51,017 nt of DNA from Eubacteriales Family XIII. Incertae Sedis bacterium. Its GTDB lineage: Bacteria > Bacillota > Clostridia > Peptostreptococcales > Anaerovoracaceae. The translations under genes were made by a program, and so were the position numbers. Positions 1 to 8,611 of this stretch are shown piece after piece (the stretch's first letter is position 1; the number at the start of each line of letters is the position of its first letter). The stretch is taken from contig JAISXZ010000166.1 in the NCBI GenBank assembly GCA_031270275.1, positions 1 to 51,017 on the forward strand, read 5' to 3'. The notes under the pieces were generated by a model. It saw only the letters and a program-made list of their open reading frames with translations. It had not been told where the DNA came from and ran no database searches.

Positions 1-117
1 TAGGCAAATGGCTTGTGTGGATTTCCTGCGGCGTTGTTGTCGTCGGTCGCCATAGCCCCGCTATGGCTCCCTCCTCCGCCTAGCCGCAGAAAACCCATCC
101 TGCGCCATTTATACAAA
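1..117. repeat. long imperfect palindrome at window edge (possibly a truncated structured repeat)
   Basis: Left arm about 3-31 (GGCAAATGGC..TGGATTTCCTGCGG) pairs with right arm about 84-110 (CCGCAGAAAACCCATCC..GCGCCATTT). Inner hairpin GCCATAGC/GCTATGGC at 49-67. No ORF covers it. Confidence 0.4.
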
Positions 118-317
118 AACGAATGAGACACTACACTAGCAGATTGCCGCTGGAGCGAGTTTGAGCAAGTTCCCAAAGTCTGTGAGCAAAATCTAAGGAA
201 ATACCCGGTTTGTGACGGAAGCGGAGGCGGGCCCGCCGCCCCGCCCGCCTACCTTTGCGCGGCAACCAGCGGAATTCGTGCCGCAAATTCAGCCGCAGAA
301 TTCGAGCGTAAAAAAAG

Positions 318-346
318 TTGACATCGATTCCGTCATGCTATATAAT
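318..346 (+). promoter_or_regulatory. consensus sigma70-type promoter
   Basis: TTGACA (318-323), exact 17-nt spacer, TATAAT (341-346), preceded by an A-rich tract. Confidence 0.6.
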
Positions 347-359
347 TCATACCAAGATT

Positions 360-399
360 AGTGCAATGTGGCGTTAACCTTTTCCGTTGCACTTTTTTT
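360..399 (+). terminator. hairpin plus U7 tract (intrinsic terminator or attenuator) just downstream of the promoter
   Basis: AGTGCAA (360-366) pairs with TTGCACT (387-393) around a 20-nt loop, followed by T7 (393-399). It starts about 10 nt after the predicted transcription start. Confidence 0.4.
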
Positions 400-444
400 G
401 CGGGTTGCCGCTCAGGGCCGGCGGGCGCCGCGTTCGACCGACAG

Positions 445-558
445 TATAATAGCCGCAAAAGATGCGGCTATTATACGGATTGAAATGCCGTGCGATTTTT
501 TCGCCTTCGGCGAAAACGCACATGGCGGATACCATAAACGGCTTCGCGTTTATGGTAT
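445..558 (+). repeat. IR-A three-hairpin intergenic repeat, copy 1
   Basis: Hairpins TATAATAGCCGC/GCGGCTATTATA, GTGCGATTTTTTCGCC-TTCG-GCGAAAACGCAC and ATACCATAAACG/CGTTTATGGTAT. It is the reverse complement of 7507-7629 and 42334-42454, with a near-identical core of about 50 nt. Confidence 0.8.
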
Positions 559-625
559 AATCTGCGGGCGGCGCGGCCCGAAACGGGCGCTGCCTGTCGT
601 TCGGCGAGTCAATAGGGGGTAGACG

Positions 626-1354
626 ATGTCACAGGGAGACAGGAGAACGGGGACCAGGGAACGCTATCTGTCGTTTTACTACGAGACGGCCAAGGAACTG
701 CCGGCGGTGGCCTTGGACCCGAAGAAGACCGCGCTGCTGATCGTGGACATGCAGAACGAGTTCGTGCTCAGGGATTTCGGCGAGGCGCTGGAGTTCAAGG
801 CAATGGGTGAGTGGGATCGCTGGATCCCCTTCCACGACAGGCTCGACAACATAGTGATCCCGAACAGCAAAAGGCTTCTGGCCGCCTTCCGCAGCAAGGG
901 CATGGCCGTGACCTTCGGGCGCATCGCGTGCCTGCGCAAGGACGGCGAGGACCGCTCGCCCGTCCAAAAGTCCGACGGCTGGAACAACATGCTGCTGCAT
1001 GTGGACAGCTTCGCGGCGCAGATGATCGACGAGCTCAGCCCGCTGGACAACGAGATCGTGGTGAACAAGACGACGGACAGCGTGACCACGGGCACAAACT
1101 ACCTGATGCTGCTGCGCTTCATGGGGATCGAGACGGTTGTCGTCACGGGCATAGTCACGGATCAGTGCGTGGCAAGCACGATCAGGGGGCTCGCCGACGA
1201 CGGCTTCAAGGTCATCTGCGTCGAGGACTGCTGCGCCGCAGGCTCGATGGAGCACCATGACGCGGAGCTTAGGATAATGAACATAATATACTGCGACGTG
1301 ATGTGCACCGACGAAGTTCTGGCATTGATTGAAGAAGGAGGTTTCAAGGCATGA
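626..1354 (+). CDS. isochorismatase-family cysteine hydrolase
   Basis: LLIVDMQNEF and GIVTDQCV (catalytic Cys) motifs. AGGGGG RBS lies upstream of ATG 626. The stop overlaps the next start (ATGA). Confidence 0.85.
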   Translation: MSQGDRRTGTRERYLSFYYETAKELPAVALDPKKTALLIVDMQNEFVLRDFGEALEFKAMGEWDRWIPFHDRLDNIVIPNSKRLLAAFRSKGMAVTFGRIACLRKDGEDRSPVQKSDGWNNMLLHVDSFAAQMIDELSPLDNEIVVNKTTDSVTTGTNYLMLLRFMGIETVVVTGIVTDQCVASTIRGLADDGFKVICVEDCCAAGSMEHHDAELRIMNIIYCDVMCTDEVLALIEEGGFKA

Positions 1355-2721
1355 ACGAACCGAAGATCAAAAACGTTTCGCTTATGCGCAGCATGGGCTT
1401 CTGGCAAGTCTGGGCTGTGGGGGTCGGCGCGGTGGTCGGCGACGGGGTGTTCCTCTATATGGCCGACGGGATACAGGCCGGAGGGCCGTCCGCGCTGATA
1501 GGGTTTTTCTTCGCCGGCGTCGTCCAGATGCTGCTCATGGTGGCCATGGGCGAGATATCCGTCGGCATGCCCCATGCTGGCGCCATGTCGGTATGGGTCG
1601 AAAAGTACATGGGCAAGTTCTTTGGGCTTCTTTCCGGCCTCACGTTTTCGGTCGGCTGGGTCGTCCTGGGCGGCTCGATAAGCGTGGCCCTGGGGCGCTT
1701 CACCTGCTACTGGTTCCCGTCGATGGATCTTGAGTTCGGCACCGTGTTCTGGGCCGCAATCTTCTTTTCTATATTCGTGCTCATGAACATCGCGGGGACA
1801 GCCATAGCGGGCAAGGGGCAGCTCGGCCTGGTCGTCGTGCTCGTGGCCATAATGGTGATCTTCAGCGTGGTCGGCTTCCTAAAGGGCCTGAACATGTCCA
1901 GCTTTACGCCCTTTATGCCAAACGGCTTCGGCGGCATGACCTCCGTCATACCCATAGCCACATACGCGTACATGGGCGCCGCCTGCATCTGCACTTCCGG
2001 CTCCGAATGCCGCAAGGCGACGGATCTCGGCCGTGCGCTGGTGTGGTCCAGCATAACCTTCATAGTCGTATACACGCTCGCGCTGTTCGTCGTGCTGGGC
2101 ACCATAGACTGGCGTGACGCAAGCATGGACGTGTCCCCCTTCACGGCCGCCGCACAGATAATATTCGGCTCCGTCGGCGCGCACATACTGAACGTGGCCG
2201 CATGGCTCGCAGCGGCGACCTGCCTGATAATGGGCACGGTCTACACCCCGTCCCGCATATTCTACGCCATGGCCCTCGACGGCTATCTGCCCAAGCTCTT
2301 CGCAAGGGTCAGCGCGAAGACGAAGACCCCGGTGGCCGGCATCGTCGTCATCTGGATAATAGGCATCATCGGCATACTCGTCGCCTACTTCTTCGGCGCG
2401 ACGGACTTCTATGTGACGCTCTGCAACCAGGCTGTCATAGCGTGGACGATATCGTGGGGGCTGGCGGTCATAGCCGGCATAAAGTACCGCAAAGAGATGG
2501 GCGCCGAAAGGATACGCAAGGAAGTCGGCTGGAAGCAGCCCTTCTATCCCGTGATCCCCATACTCGCACTTGCGGGCTGCGTGTACATACTGTACCTGAG
2601 CTTCTATGACATATGGCAGGTCGTGGGCCTGGCGATATGGGTGGTCATATACCTCATCTATTACGCCAATATACGCGCAAGGATAAAGAAGGGCCTCATA
2701 AGCGCCAACGCGCGGTTCTGA
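1351..2721 (+). CDS. APC-superfamily amino acid/polyamine permease
   Basis: 456-aa polytopic hydrophobic ORF with N-terminal GFWQVWAVGVGAVVGDGVF typical of APC permeases. AAGGAGG RBS; translationally coupled to the upstream gene. Confidence 0.85.
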   Translation: MNEPKIKNVSLMRSMGFWQVWAVGVGAVVGDGVFLYMADGIQAGGPSALIGFFFAGVVQMLLMVAMGEISVGMPHAGAMSVWVEKYMGKFFGLLSGLTFSVGWVVLGGSISVALGRFTCYWFPSMDLEFGTVFWAAIFFSIFVLMNIAGTAIAGKGQLGLVVVLVAIMVIFSVVGFLKGLNMSSFTPFMPNGFGGMTSVIPIATYAYMGAACICTSGSECRKATDLGRALVWSSITFIVVYTLALFVVLGTIDWRDASMDVSPFTAAAQIIFGSVGAHILNVAAWLAAATCLIMGTVYTPSRIFYAMALDGYLPKLFARVSAKTKTPVAGIVVIWIIGIIGILVAYFFGATDFYVTLCNQAVIAWTISWGLAVIAGIKYRKEMGAERIRKEVGWKQPFYPVIPILALAGCVYILYLSFYDIWQVVGLAIWVVIYLIYYANIRARIKKGLISANARF

Positions 2722-2749
2722 CGCGCCTGCGGAAAGGGACGGTTGCCAC

Positions 2750-4201
2750 GTGGACCAGGACAGGACCCCTTTGTTCGACGCCATACGGGAATACAACAGG
2801 ATCAGGCCCGCATATTTCCGCATACCGGGCCATAGGTACGAGCGCGGCGTCAGCAGCCGCTGGACGGAGCTCGTCGGGGGCGAGATATTCAAGTTCGATC
2901 TGACCGAAACGCCGCTTCTCGACGACCTCCACCATCCGGAGTCGGCCATAAAGGAGGCTCAGGAGCTTGCCGCCGAGGTGTTCGGCGCGCTGCGGAGCTT
3001 CTTCCTCGTGAACGGGACCACCTGCGGCAACGAGGCCATGATCGCGTCCACGGCCTTTGAGGGCCAGAAGATCGCCATACCGCGCAACGCGCACAAGTCG
3101 GCGCTGATGGGCCTGATCATAAGCGGGGCGAGGCCAATCTACGTGATGCCGGGGCTGTCGTCGGAATTCGGGCTCCAGGGCGGCATAAGCCCGCAGGCGG
3201 CGGACGCCGTGTTCCGCGAAAACCCCGACTGCAAGGGGCTGATGGTCGTCAGCCCCACCTATTACGGCATATGCAGCGACATAAGGGGCCTGTCCGAGTC
3301 GTGCCACAGGCACGGCGCGGCGCTGATAGTCGATGAGGCCCACGGCGCGCATATGTATTTTTCGGAAAGGCTCCCCGACGGCGCGCTGGCGCAGGGCGCG
3401 GACATGTGCGCGCAGAGCATACATAAGGTGACCGGCTCGCTTACCCAGAGCTCCATGCTTCATATAGGCTCCGGGCTCGTTGACGGGGACAGGGTCGAGG
3501 CCACGCTCCACATAGTCCAGAGCACCAGCCCTTCCTACCTCCTGATGACCTCGCTGGATCTGGCCCGCCGCGAGCTTGCCCTGAACGGGCGCGGGCTTAT
3601 CGCCAACGCCGTCGATCTTGCCCTGTACGCGAGGAACGCGATAGACGGGATCGACGGCATAGCCTGCGCCGGCGAGGGGATAACGGGGACCGCCGGCATA
3701 GCCGGCATGGACACCACGCGCCTTGTCATAAGCGCGGGCCGCATAGGCCTGACGGGCTTCGAGCTCAAACGCATCCTTTACGAGGGCTACGGGGTGGATC
3801 TGGAGCTGTCGGACCACGCCAACGCCCTGGCGATAGTCACGTTCGCCAACACGCGGGAGGATATCGACAGGCTCATAGCGGCCCTGCGCGACATAGGCGA
3901 AAAGCGCGGCGGGGGGCCGCCGATAGGCGACGGGACCCCGCTTCCGCCGATACCGCCGTATGCCCTCTCGCCGAGAGAGGCCTATTTTGCGTCCAAGCGC
4001 ATCATCCCCTGGCAGGACGCCAGGGGCAAGGTCGCGTCGGAGATGATAGCCCCCTACCCGCCAGGCATACCCGTCATATATCCCGGGGAGATCGTCAGCG
4101 ACGAGGTCTGGGAGTACGTGGAGGCTTTCCGGCTCAGGAAGGGCCATCTGCACGGGCCTGCGGACGGCGGGCTGGACAGCTACAAGGTTATCGACGCCTG
4201 A
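2750..4201 (+). CDS. PLP-dependent Orn/Lys/Arg decarboxylase-family enzyme
   Basis: SIHKVTGSLTQSSMLH (S-x-H-K PLP-lysine motif) and overall layout of the Bacillus SpeA/YaaO-type decarboxylase family. GTG start at 2750 is taken from the ORF track, so the start is uncertain. Confidence 0.8.
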   Translation: MDQDRTPLFDAIREYNRIRPAYFRIPGHRYERGVSSRWTELVGGEIFKFDLTETPLLDDLHHPESAIKEAQELAAEVFGALRSFFLVNGTTCGNEAMIASTAFEGQKIAIPRNAHKSALMGLIISGARPIYVMPGLSSEFGLQGGISPQAADAVFRENPDCKGLMVVSPTYYGICSDIRGLSESCHRHGAALIVDEAHGAHMYFSERLPDGALAQGADMCAQSIHKVTGSLTQSSMLHIGSGLVDGDRVEATLHIVQSTSPSYLLMTSLDLARRELALNGRGLIANAVDLALYARNAIDGIDGIACAGEGITGTAGIAGMDTTRLVISAGRIGLTGFELKRILYEGYGVDLELSDHANALAIVTFANTREDIDRLIAALRDIGEKRGGGPPIGDGTPLPPIPPYALSPREAYFASKRIIPWQDARGKVASEMIAPYPPGIPVIYPGEIVSDEVWEYVEAFRLRKGHLHGPADGGLDSYKVIDA

Positions 4202-4253
4202 TTGCGAGCCGCGGCCTGCGGCGAACGGCGGCCTGCGGCGAATGGAGGCAGAC

Positions 4254-4895
4254 ATGAAAGTCATAGATCTGACCCATCTTATATCGGAAGACATGCCCGT
4301 GTACCCAGGCACGGAGAAGCCCTTGCTGACCCCCGCCAACAGCTACGAGGAGGACGGCTTCAAGGAGACGCTCATGACCATGTTCTCCCACACGGGGACG
4401 CACATGGATCCGCCGGCGCATCTGTTCGCGGACAAAAAGACCCTGGACGCGTTTCCCGTCTCGCACTTCGTAGGCAGGGCGCTCGTCGTGGACTGCCGCG
4501 ATCTGGAGGCCGGTGAGCGCATTGGCATGAAATACCTCGACAGGGACAGGCTGAACGCCGACAACGCGGAGTTCCTGCTGTTCAATACGGGCTGGAACCG
4601 CTTCTGGGGGCAGGAGGAATACTTCGGGGACTACCCGTTCATATCGGACGAGATCGCGGACTACATAATAAGGACGAGGAAAAAGGGGATCGGCGTGGAC
4701 GCGATAGGCATAGACCCCATCGCGGACGAGAACCTGAGCATACACAGGAAGCTTTTCTCGGCGGCGGATATCGTCGTCATCGAGAACCTCGTGAACCTCG
4801 AGCTGTGCGGCAGGTCCATGTTCACCTTCGTCTGTCTGCCCCTGAACTGGGAATCGGCGGACGGCTCCCCTGTCCGCGCCGTCGCGCTCCCCTGA
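4254..4895 (+). CDS. cyclase-family protein (kynurenine formamidase/arylformamidase-like metallohydrolase)
   Basis: HTGTHMDPPAH matches the HxGTHxDxPxH metal-binding motif. GGAGG RBS precedes ATG 4254 (MKVIDLTHLI). Confidence 0.8.
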   Translation: MKVIDLTHLISEDMPVYPGTEKPLLTPANSYEEDGFKETLMTMFSHTGTHMDPPAHLFADKKTLDAFPVSHFVGRALVVDCRDLEAGERIGMKYLDRDRLNADNAEFLLFNTGWNRFWGQEEYFGDYPFISDEIADYIIRTRKKGIGVDAIGIDPIADENLSIHRKLFSAADIVVIENLVNLELCGRSMFTFVCLPLNWESADGSPVRAVALP

Positions 4896-4930
4896 CGCCG
4901 CGCGGGCGCGCCGTGTCCCGGACAGACAGA

Positions 4931-4950
4931 ATCCGCACAAAAGTGCGGAT
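4931..4950. terminator. perfect 8-bp hairpin between convergent genes (possible bidirectional terminator, no U-tract)
   Basis: ATCCGCAC-AAAA-GTGCGGAT lies between the cyclase-family stop and the thrC stop. Confidence 0.3.
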
Positions 4951-5165
4951 CCTGCCTCGAGTATGAAGGAATATTAAATGATCCCAGTCGTGTGATCATT
5001 TAAGCGGGAATAAATGGCAACAGAAGATGCGGCGGCCTGATCCCGGACCGTCCCGACAGGCATCCTCCATCGTCCAGTATATCGGCCAGCCCCAGAAAAA
5101 CTTTAGGCTTCGTTTAAAAAAACGGGAGCGGATGCTTAGGAACTGTTAAAAAACGGGGGCGGGCG

Positions 5166-6653
5166 TCACTTCATGCCCTTAAGCGAGGCCCTTACCGCGT
5201 CCGCCATGCCGTCGATGGAAACGACGCCCGTATGCCGGATCTCCTTGCCCTCCAGGTTCCTTAAGGCATCGGGGATCGCCGCCCCGCTCGCCTCGTGCAG
5301 CGCCCTTATGTTGGCGAAGCCGTCGCCCTCCACACTGAGGCCGATGGATCGCGCCACGCTGTCGGCGAACTTGAACGCGCTGGCGGTAGCCGTTATCAGG
5401 GCGGGCGCGTCGTCGCCGGACGCATCCCTGTAATCCTCGTATACCTTGTACGCCACCGCAGTATGCGTGTCGATGAGGTACTTTTCGTCGTTGTAGAGCC
5501 GGGCTATCGCGGCCTCCGTCTCGTGCATGTCGGCGGAGCCGCCGTAGAAGTCCCCGAGGGCCTCCCTGATCTCCGCATCCACCGAGAACCTGCCGTCCGC
5601 GTCCAGGCCCTCCATCATGGCCGCGGTCCTGTCCGCGCTGTCGCCGGACAGATGGTAGAGCAGCCTTTCGAGGTTGCTGGACACCAGTATGTCCATCGAG
5701 GGCGAGCTGGTGACGTGGAAATCCCTGTTGGCGTCGTACACGCCCGTCTGCATGAAATCCGCGAGCACCCTGTTCTCGTTGGACGCGCATATGAGCTTCT
5801 TGATCGGAAGCCCCATGCGTTTCGCGTAGTAGGCCGCGAGTATGTTGCCGAAATTGCCTGTGGGCACAACGACGTTCATCGGCTCCCCCGCCTTCAGCCC
5901 GCCGTATTCCAGCAGCTTGACATAGGCGTACACGTAGTAGGCGATCTGCGGTATCAGGCGGCCCACGTTTATGGAGTTGGCGGAGGACAGCCTGTAGCCG
6001 CAGGACGCCAGCTCCCTGCCGAAGGCCCCGTCTCCGAATATGCGCTTGACCCCCCTCTGGGCGTCGTCAAAATTCCCTTCGATGGCGAACACGTGGGTGT
6101 TCCCGCCGATCTGCGTCACCATCTGGCGCTCCTGGACCTGGCTGACGCCGTCCTTCGGGTAGAACACCACTATCTCGGTCCCAGGCACGTCCGAGAAGCC
6201 CTCCAGCGCCGCCTTGCCTGTGTCCCCCGACGTGGCCGTCAGTATCACGACCTTCTTCCCCTCCTTCTCCTTGTTCATGGCGGTGGTGAGTAGATAGGGA
6301 AGCAGGGACATCGCCATGTCCTTGAAGGCGGCCGTCCTGCCGTGGTAGAGCTCCAGGAACCACGCTTTTTTTGTCCTTGCGAGCGGCGCGATCTCAGGCG
6401 CGTCGAATTTTGAGTCATAGGCGCCGGCGATGCACCTTTCAAGCTCCTCCTCGCTGAAATCGGGCAGAAAACTTCGGACTATGTGGAAGGCCGTGTACGC
6501 GTAGGGCGTGCCGGACTTCTTCTCCGGCATGAACGGGAGCTGCGGTATCGCTTCCGGGACAAACAGCCCCCTGTCCTTCGCCAGGCCCTGTATTATGGCT
6601 TCCGTACCCCTTTTCGTCTCGTCATTGCCACGGGTGCTTCTGTATCTAATCAT
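5166..6653 (-). CDS. thrC: threonine synthase
   Basis: MIRYRSTRGN N-terminus, AAFKDMAMS PLP-lysine region and a 495-aa long-form ThrC layout. GGAGAAAA RBS. Confidence 0.9.
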   Translation of the reverse strand: MIRYRSTRGNDETKRGTEAIIQGLAKDRGLFVPEAIPQLPFMPEKKSGTPYAYTAFHIVRSFLPDFSEEELERCIAGAYDSKFDAPEIAPLARTKKAWFLELYHGRTAAFKDMAMSLLPYLLTTAMNKEKEGKKVVILTATSGDTGKAALEGFSDVPGTEIVVFYPKDGVSQVQERQMVTQIGGNTHVFAIEGNFDDAQRGVKRIFGDGAFGRELASCGYRLSSANSINVGRLIPQIAYYVYAYVKLLEYGGLKAGEPMNVVVPTGNFGNILAAYYAKRMGLPIKKLICASNENRVLADFMQTGVYDANRDFHVTSSPSMDILVSSNLERLLYHLSGDSADRTAAMMEGLDADGRFSVDAEIREALGDFYGGSADMHETEAAIARLYNDEKYLIDTHTAVAYKVYEDYRDASGDDAPALITATASAFKFADSVARSIGLSVEGDGFANIRALHEASGAAIPDALRNLEGKEIRHTGVVSIDGMADAVRASLKGMK

Positions 6654-6735
6654 TCAACCATTTTCTCCTGCGCCTCCCGGCCGATGCCCGCCCGCCGGGC
6701 AGGCGCGAAACTGCGTCTTCCAGCCAGTCAACAGA

Positions 6736-7407
6736 TTATCGCACTTCCTGCGTGTATACCAAGGTCTCGTTCAGATAGTGCCAGACATCCATCGTCACCT
6801 CGCTGATCCCCGTATCCGCCCTCAGCAGATCCAGCATCTGCTGATAGTCCGACGCCATGCCCATCATCGTATCGAGGTAGTCGGACTCCAGCTTGGCCTG
6901 ATCCTCCGCCTTGACCTGGCTTGTGGTCTTTGCTATTTCAAGGACGAGCTTGCTGCCCTCGACGCGCGTGTACACCTTGGTCCCCTCGCCGAAGTAGGCC
7001 TCGAGCAGGGCCCGCAGATCGGCCCCCTTCTCGGCAAGCCACTGCTTCAGCGTGTCCTCGTGGCTTATGGTGGGCGTGACGACGGGCGCCGGCGGATCCG
7101 GCTCAACCGGGGCCTCGCCCACGCTGACGATCTTCGCCTCGCCGTCCCACGCGACCTTCATGCCCAGGGCCTCCGAAACGGCGCGGACGGGCAGATATGT
7201 GGTCCCGTTGACTATAAATGGCTCCACCATGGCGCCGTTGGCATCCCTGGGGATTATGGGCCGGCCGTTGACGTGTATCTTGACATTCGCGAACGTGGCC
7301 ATGAGAGGATAGGTGCCGACGGAGGCGTAGACCGTCGCCGCCACCCCGAACAGAATGGATGAAACTATAAACCCGACAAGTATCCCCTTCGCCTTTTCGA
7401 TGTTCAT
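6736..7407 (-). CDS. membrane-anchored protein with copper amine oxidase N-terminal (stalk-like) domain
   Basis: N-terminal TM segment GILVGFIVSSILFGVAATVYA. VNGTTYLPVRAVSEALGMKVAWDG is the typical Cu_amine_oxidN1 repeat. Start set at ATG 7407 behind GGAGAGG. Confidence 0.6.
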   Translation of the reverse strand: MNIEKAKGILVGFIVSSILFGVAATVYASVGTYPLMATFANVKIHVNGRPIIPRDANGAMVEPFIVNGTTYLPVRAVSEALGMKVAWDGEAKIVSVGEAPVEPDPPAPVVTPTISHEDTLKQWLAEKGADLRALLEAYFGEGTKVYTRVEGSKLVLEIAKTTSQVKAEDQAKLESDYLDTMMGMASDYQQMLDLLRADTGISEVTMDVWHYLNETLVYTQEVR

Positions 7408-7506
7408 CTCGCCTCTCCGCCCCCGATCCAATCACATGCGGCGGCAGCGGCAAGCATATGGGCCCGGGGCTTCTCTTTGGTGAAATGCCGTGATGCTATT
7501 AAGTAT

Positions 7507-7629
7507 GCCATAAACGCGGAGCGCAGCGAAGCCGTTTATGGTATCTGCCATGTGCGTTTTCGCCGAAGGCGAAAAAATCGCACGGCACTTCAATCCGTAT
7601 AATAACCGCGCTCCCTGCGGTTATTATAC
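7507..7629 (-). repeat. IR-A three-hairpin intergenic repeat, copy 2
   Basis: Same three hairpins as 445-558 (reverse complement). An extra inverted fragment TGAAATGCCGTG at 7481-7492 faces CACGGCACTTCA at 7582-7593. Confidence 0.8.
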
Positions 7630-7712
7630 CACACGCGACCTTATAAGTAAACCTTCATGATGCCCCCAAAAAGCACAAAAAATATTAAAAGTTTGCTACT
7701 CGGCCCCCGCGC

Positions 7713-8405
7713 CTACAGCTCGCGCAGCGCCTGCACTATCGTGATCTTGCCGGCGTCCGTGTCCTTCGCGCTCTTTATCGCCCTGGCCGGCGCCCCGGCG
7801 ACCACGGTCCCGGCAGGCACGTCCCCTATCACTACCGCGCCGGCCGCCACCACGGCGCCCCGCCCTATGCGGACGCCCTCGAGCACGACGGCGTTTGCGC
7901 CTACCAGCACGTCGTCCTCCACTATCACGGGCTTGGCGCTCGGCGGCTCTATAACGCCGGCCAGCACCGCGCCGGCCCCTATATGGCAGTTCCTGCCGAC
8001 AGTCGCGCGCCCCCCCAGCACGGCGCCCATGTCTATCATGCTCCCCTCGCCCACGACCGCGCCTATGTTGATCACCGCGCCCATCATTATGACCGCGCCG
8101 TCGCGTATCTCCGCCTGGTCGCGTATTATGGCCCCCGGCTCTATGCGCGCGTTTATGCCCTTCAGATCCAGCAGCGGTATGGCCGAGTTGCGGCAATCGT
8201 TCTCCACGGCCACGTCCTCTATGTCCTCGCGGCGCCCGTCGAGGGCCTTCTTGATATCGGCCCAGTCCCCGAACACGATCTTGTCGCCCACGCCGAAAAC
8301 CTGGCAGTTCTCGAAGGGGATATCGCTTCGCGCCTTCACGTAGGCCTTTACAGGCGTCCTCTTTTTTGCATCCCTTATGAACCTGATGATGTCTTCCGCT
8401 TCCAT
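7713..8405 (-). CDS. dapH: 2,3,4,5-tetrahydropyridine-2,6-dicarboxylate N-acetyltransferase
   Basis: Collinear with Bacillus DapH: [29 protein letters not shown] and hexapeptide repeats [29 protein letters not shown]. Start at ATG 8405 behind AGGAGGG. Confidence 0.85.
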   Translation of the reverse strand: MEAEDIIRFIRDAKKRTPVKAYVKARSDIPFENCQVFGVGDKIVFGDWADIKKALDGRREDIEDVAVENDCRNSAIPLLDLKGINARIEPGAIIRDQAEIRDGAVIMMGAVINIGAVVGEGSMIDMGAVLGGRATVGRNCHIGAGAVLAGVIEPPSAKPVIVEDDVLVGANAVVLEGVRIGRGAVVAAGAVVIGDVPAGTVVAGAPARAIKSAKDTDAGKITIVQALREL

Positions 8406-8539
8406 GTGGCCCTCCTGCATTCGATTTCGGCATCGGGCGGATCGGGGCGCCCTGCCGCCGCAGCGATCATTGGACAGAATAAGTATACTACAGATTCCCG
8501 CTGTTTGGGGCAAAAATTTTGGGACGGGCCCTCTGCCCT

Positions 8540-8567
8540 AAAACGGGAAACGGGCGCTTTCGCGCCC
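8540..8567 (-). terminator. intrinsic terminator after the liv-type operon
   Basis: On the minus strand, GGGCGC-GAAA-GCGCCC is followed by GTTTCCCGTTTT, about 45 nt after the livF stop. Confidence 0.5.
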
Positions 8568-8611
8568 GCTTCCGTACCCGACTTCGTGTGTTTTTCCGAA
8601 AAGGGCGCCGC

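Noticed and set aside
368-622. 84-aa ORF upstream of the first operon
   Set aside because: It begins inside the promoter-proximal hairpin, reads straight through the IR-A repeat (also present non-coding at two other loci), uses a GTG start and has no RBS.
2696-4339. 547-aa ORF on the - strand
   Set aside because: It is antisense to the PLP decarboxylase gene, which carries the S-x-H-K motif. It has no motifs or RBS and spans two real gene boundaries.
8406-8611. Lysine riboswitch (L-box) expected upstream of dapH
   Set aside because: The roughly 200-nt region contains a terminator for the liv operon and a plausible promoter. I could not find the L-box conserved helices or the AGAGGCGC/GGGAG-type core motifs.
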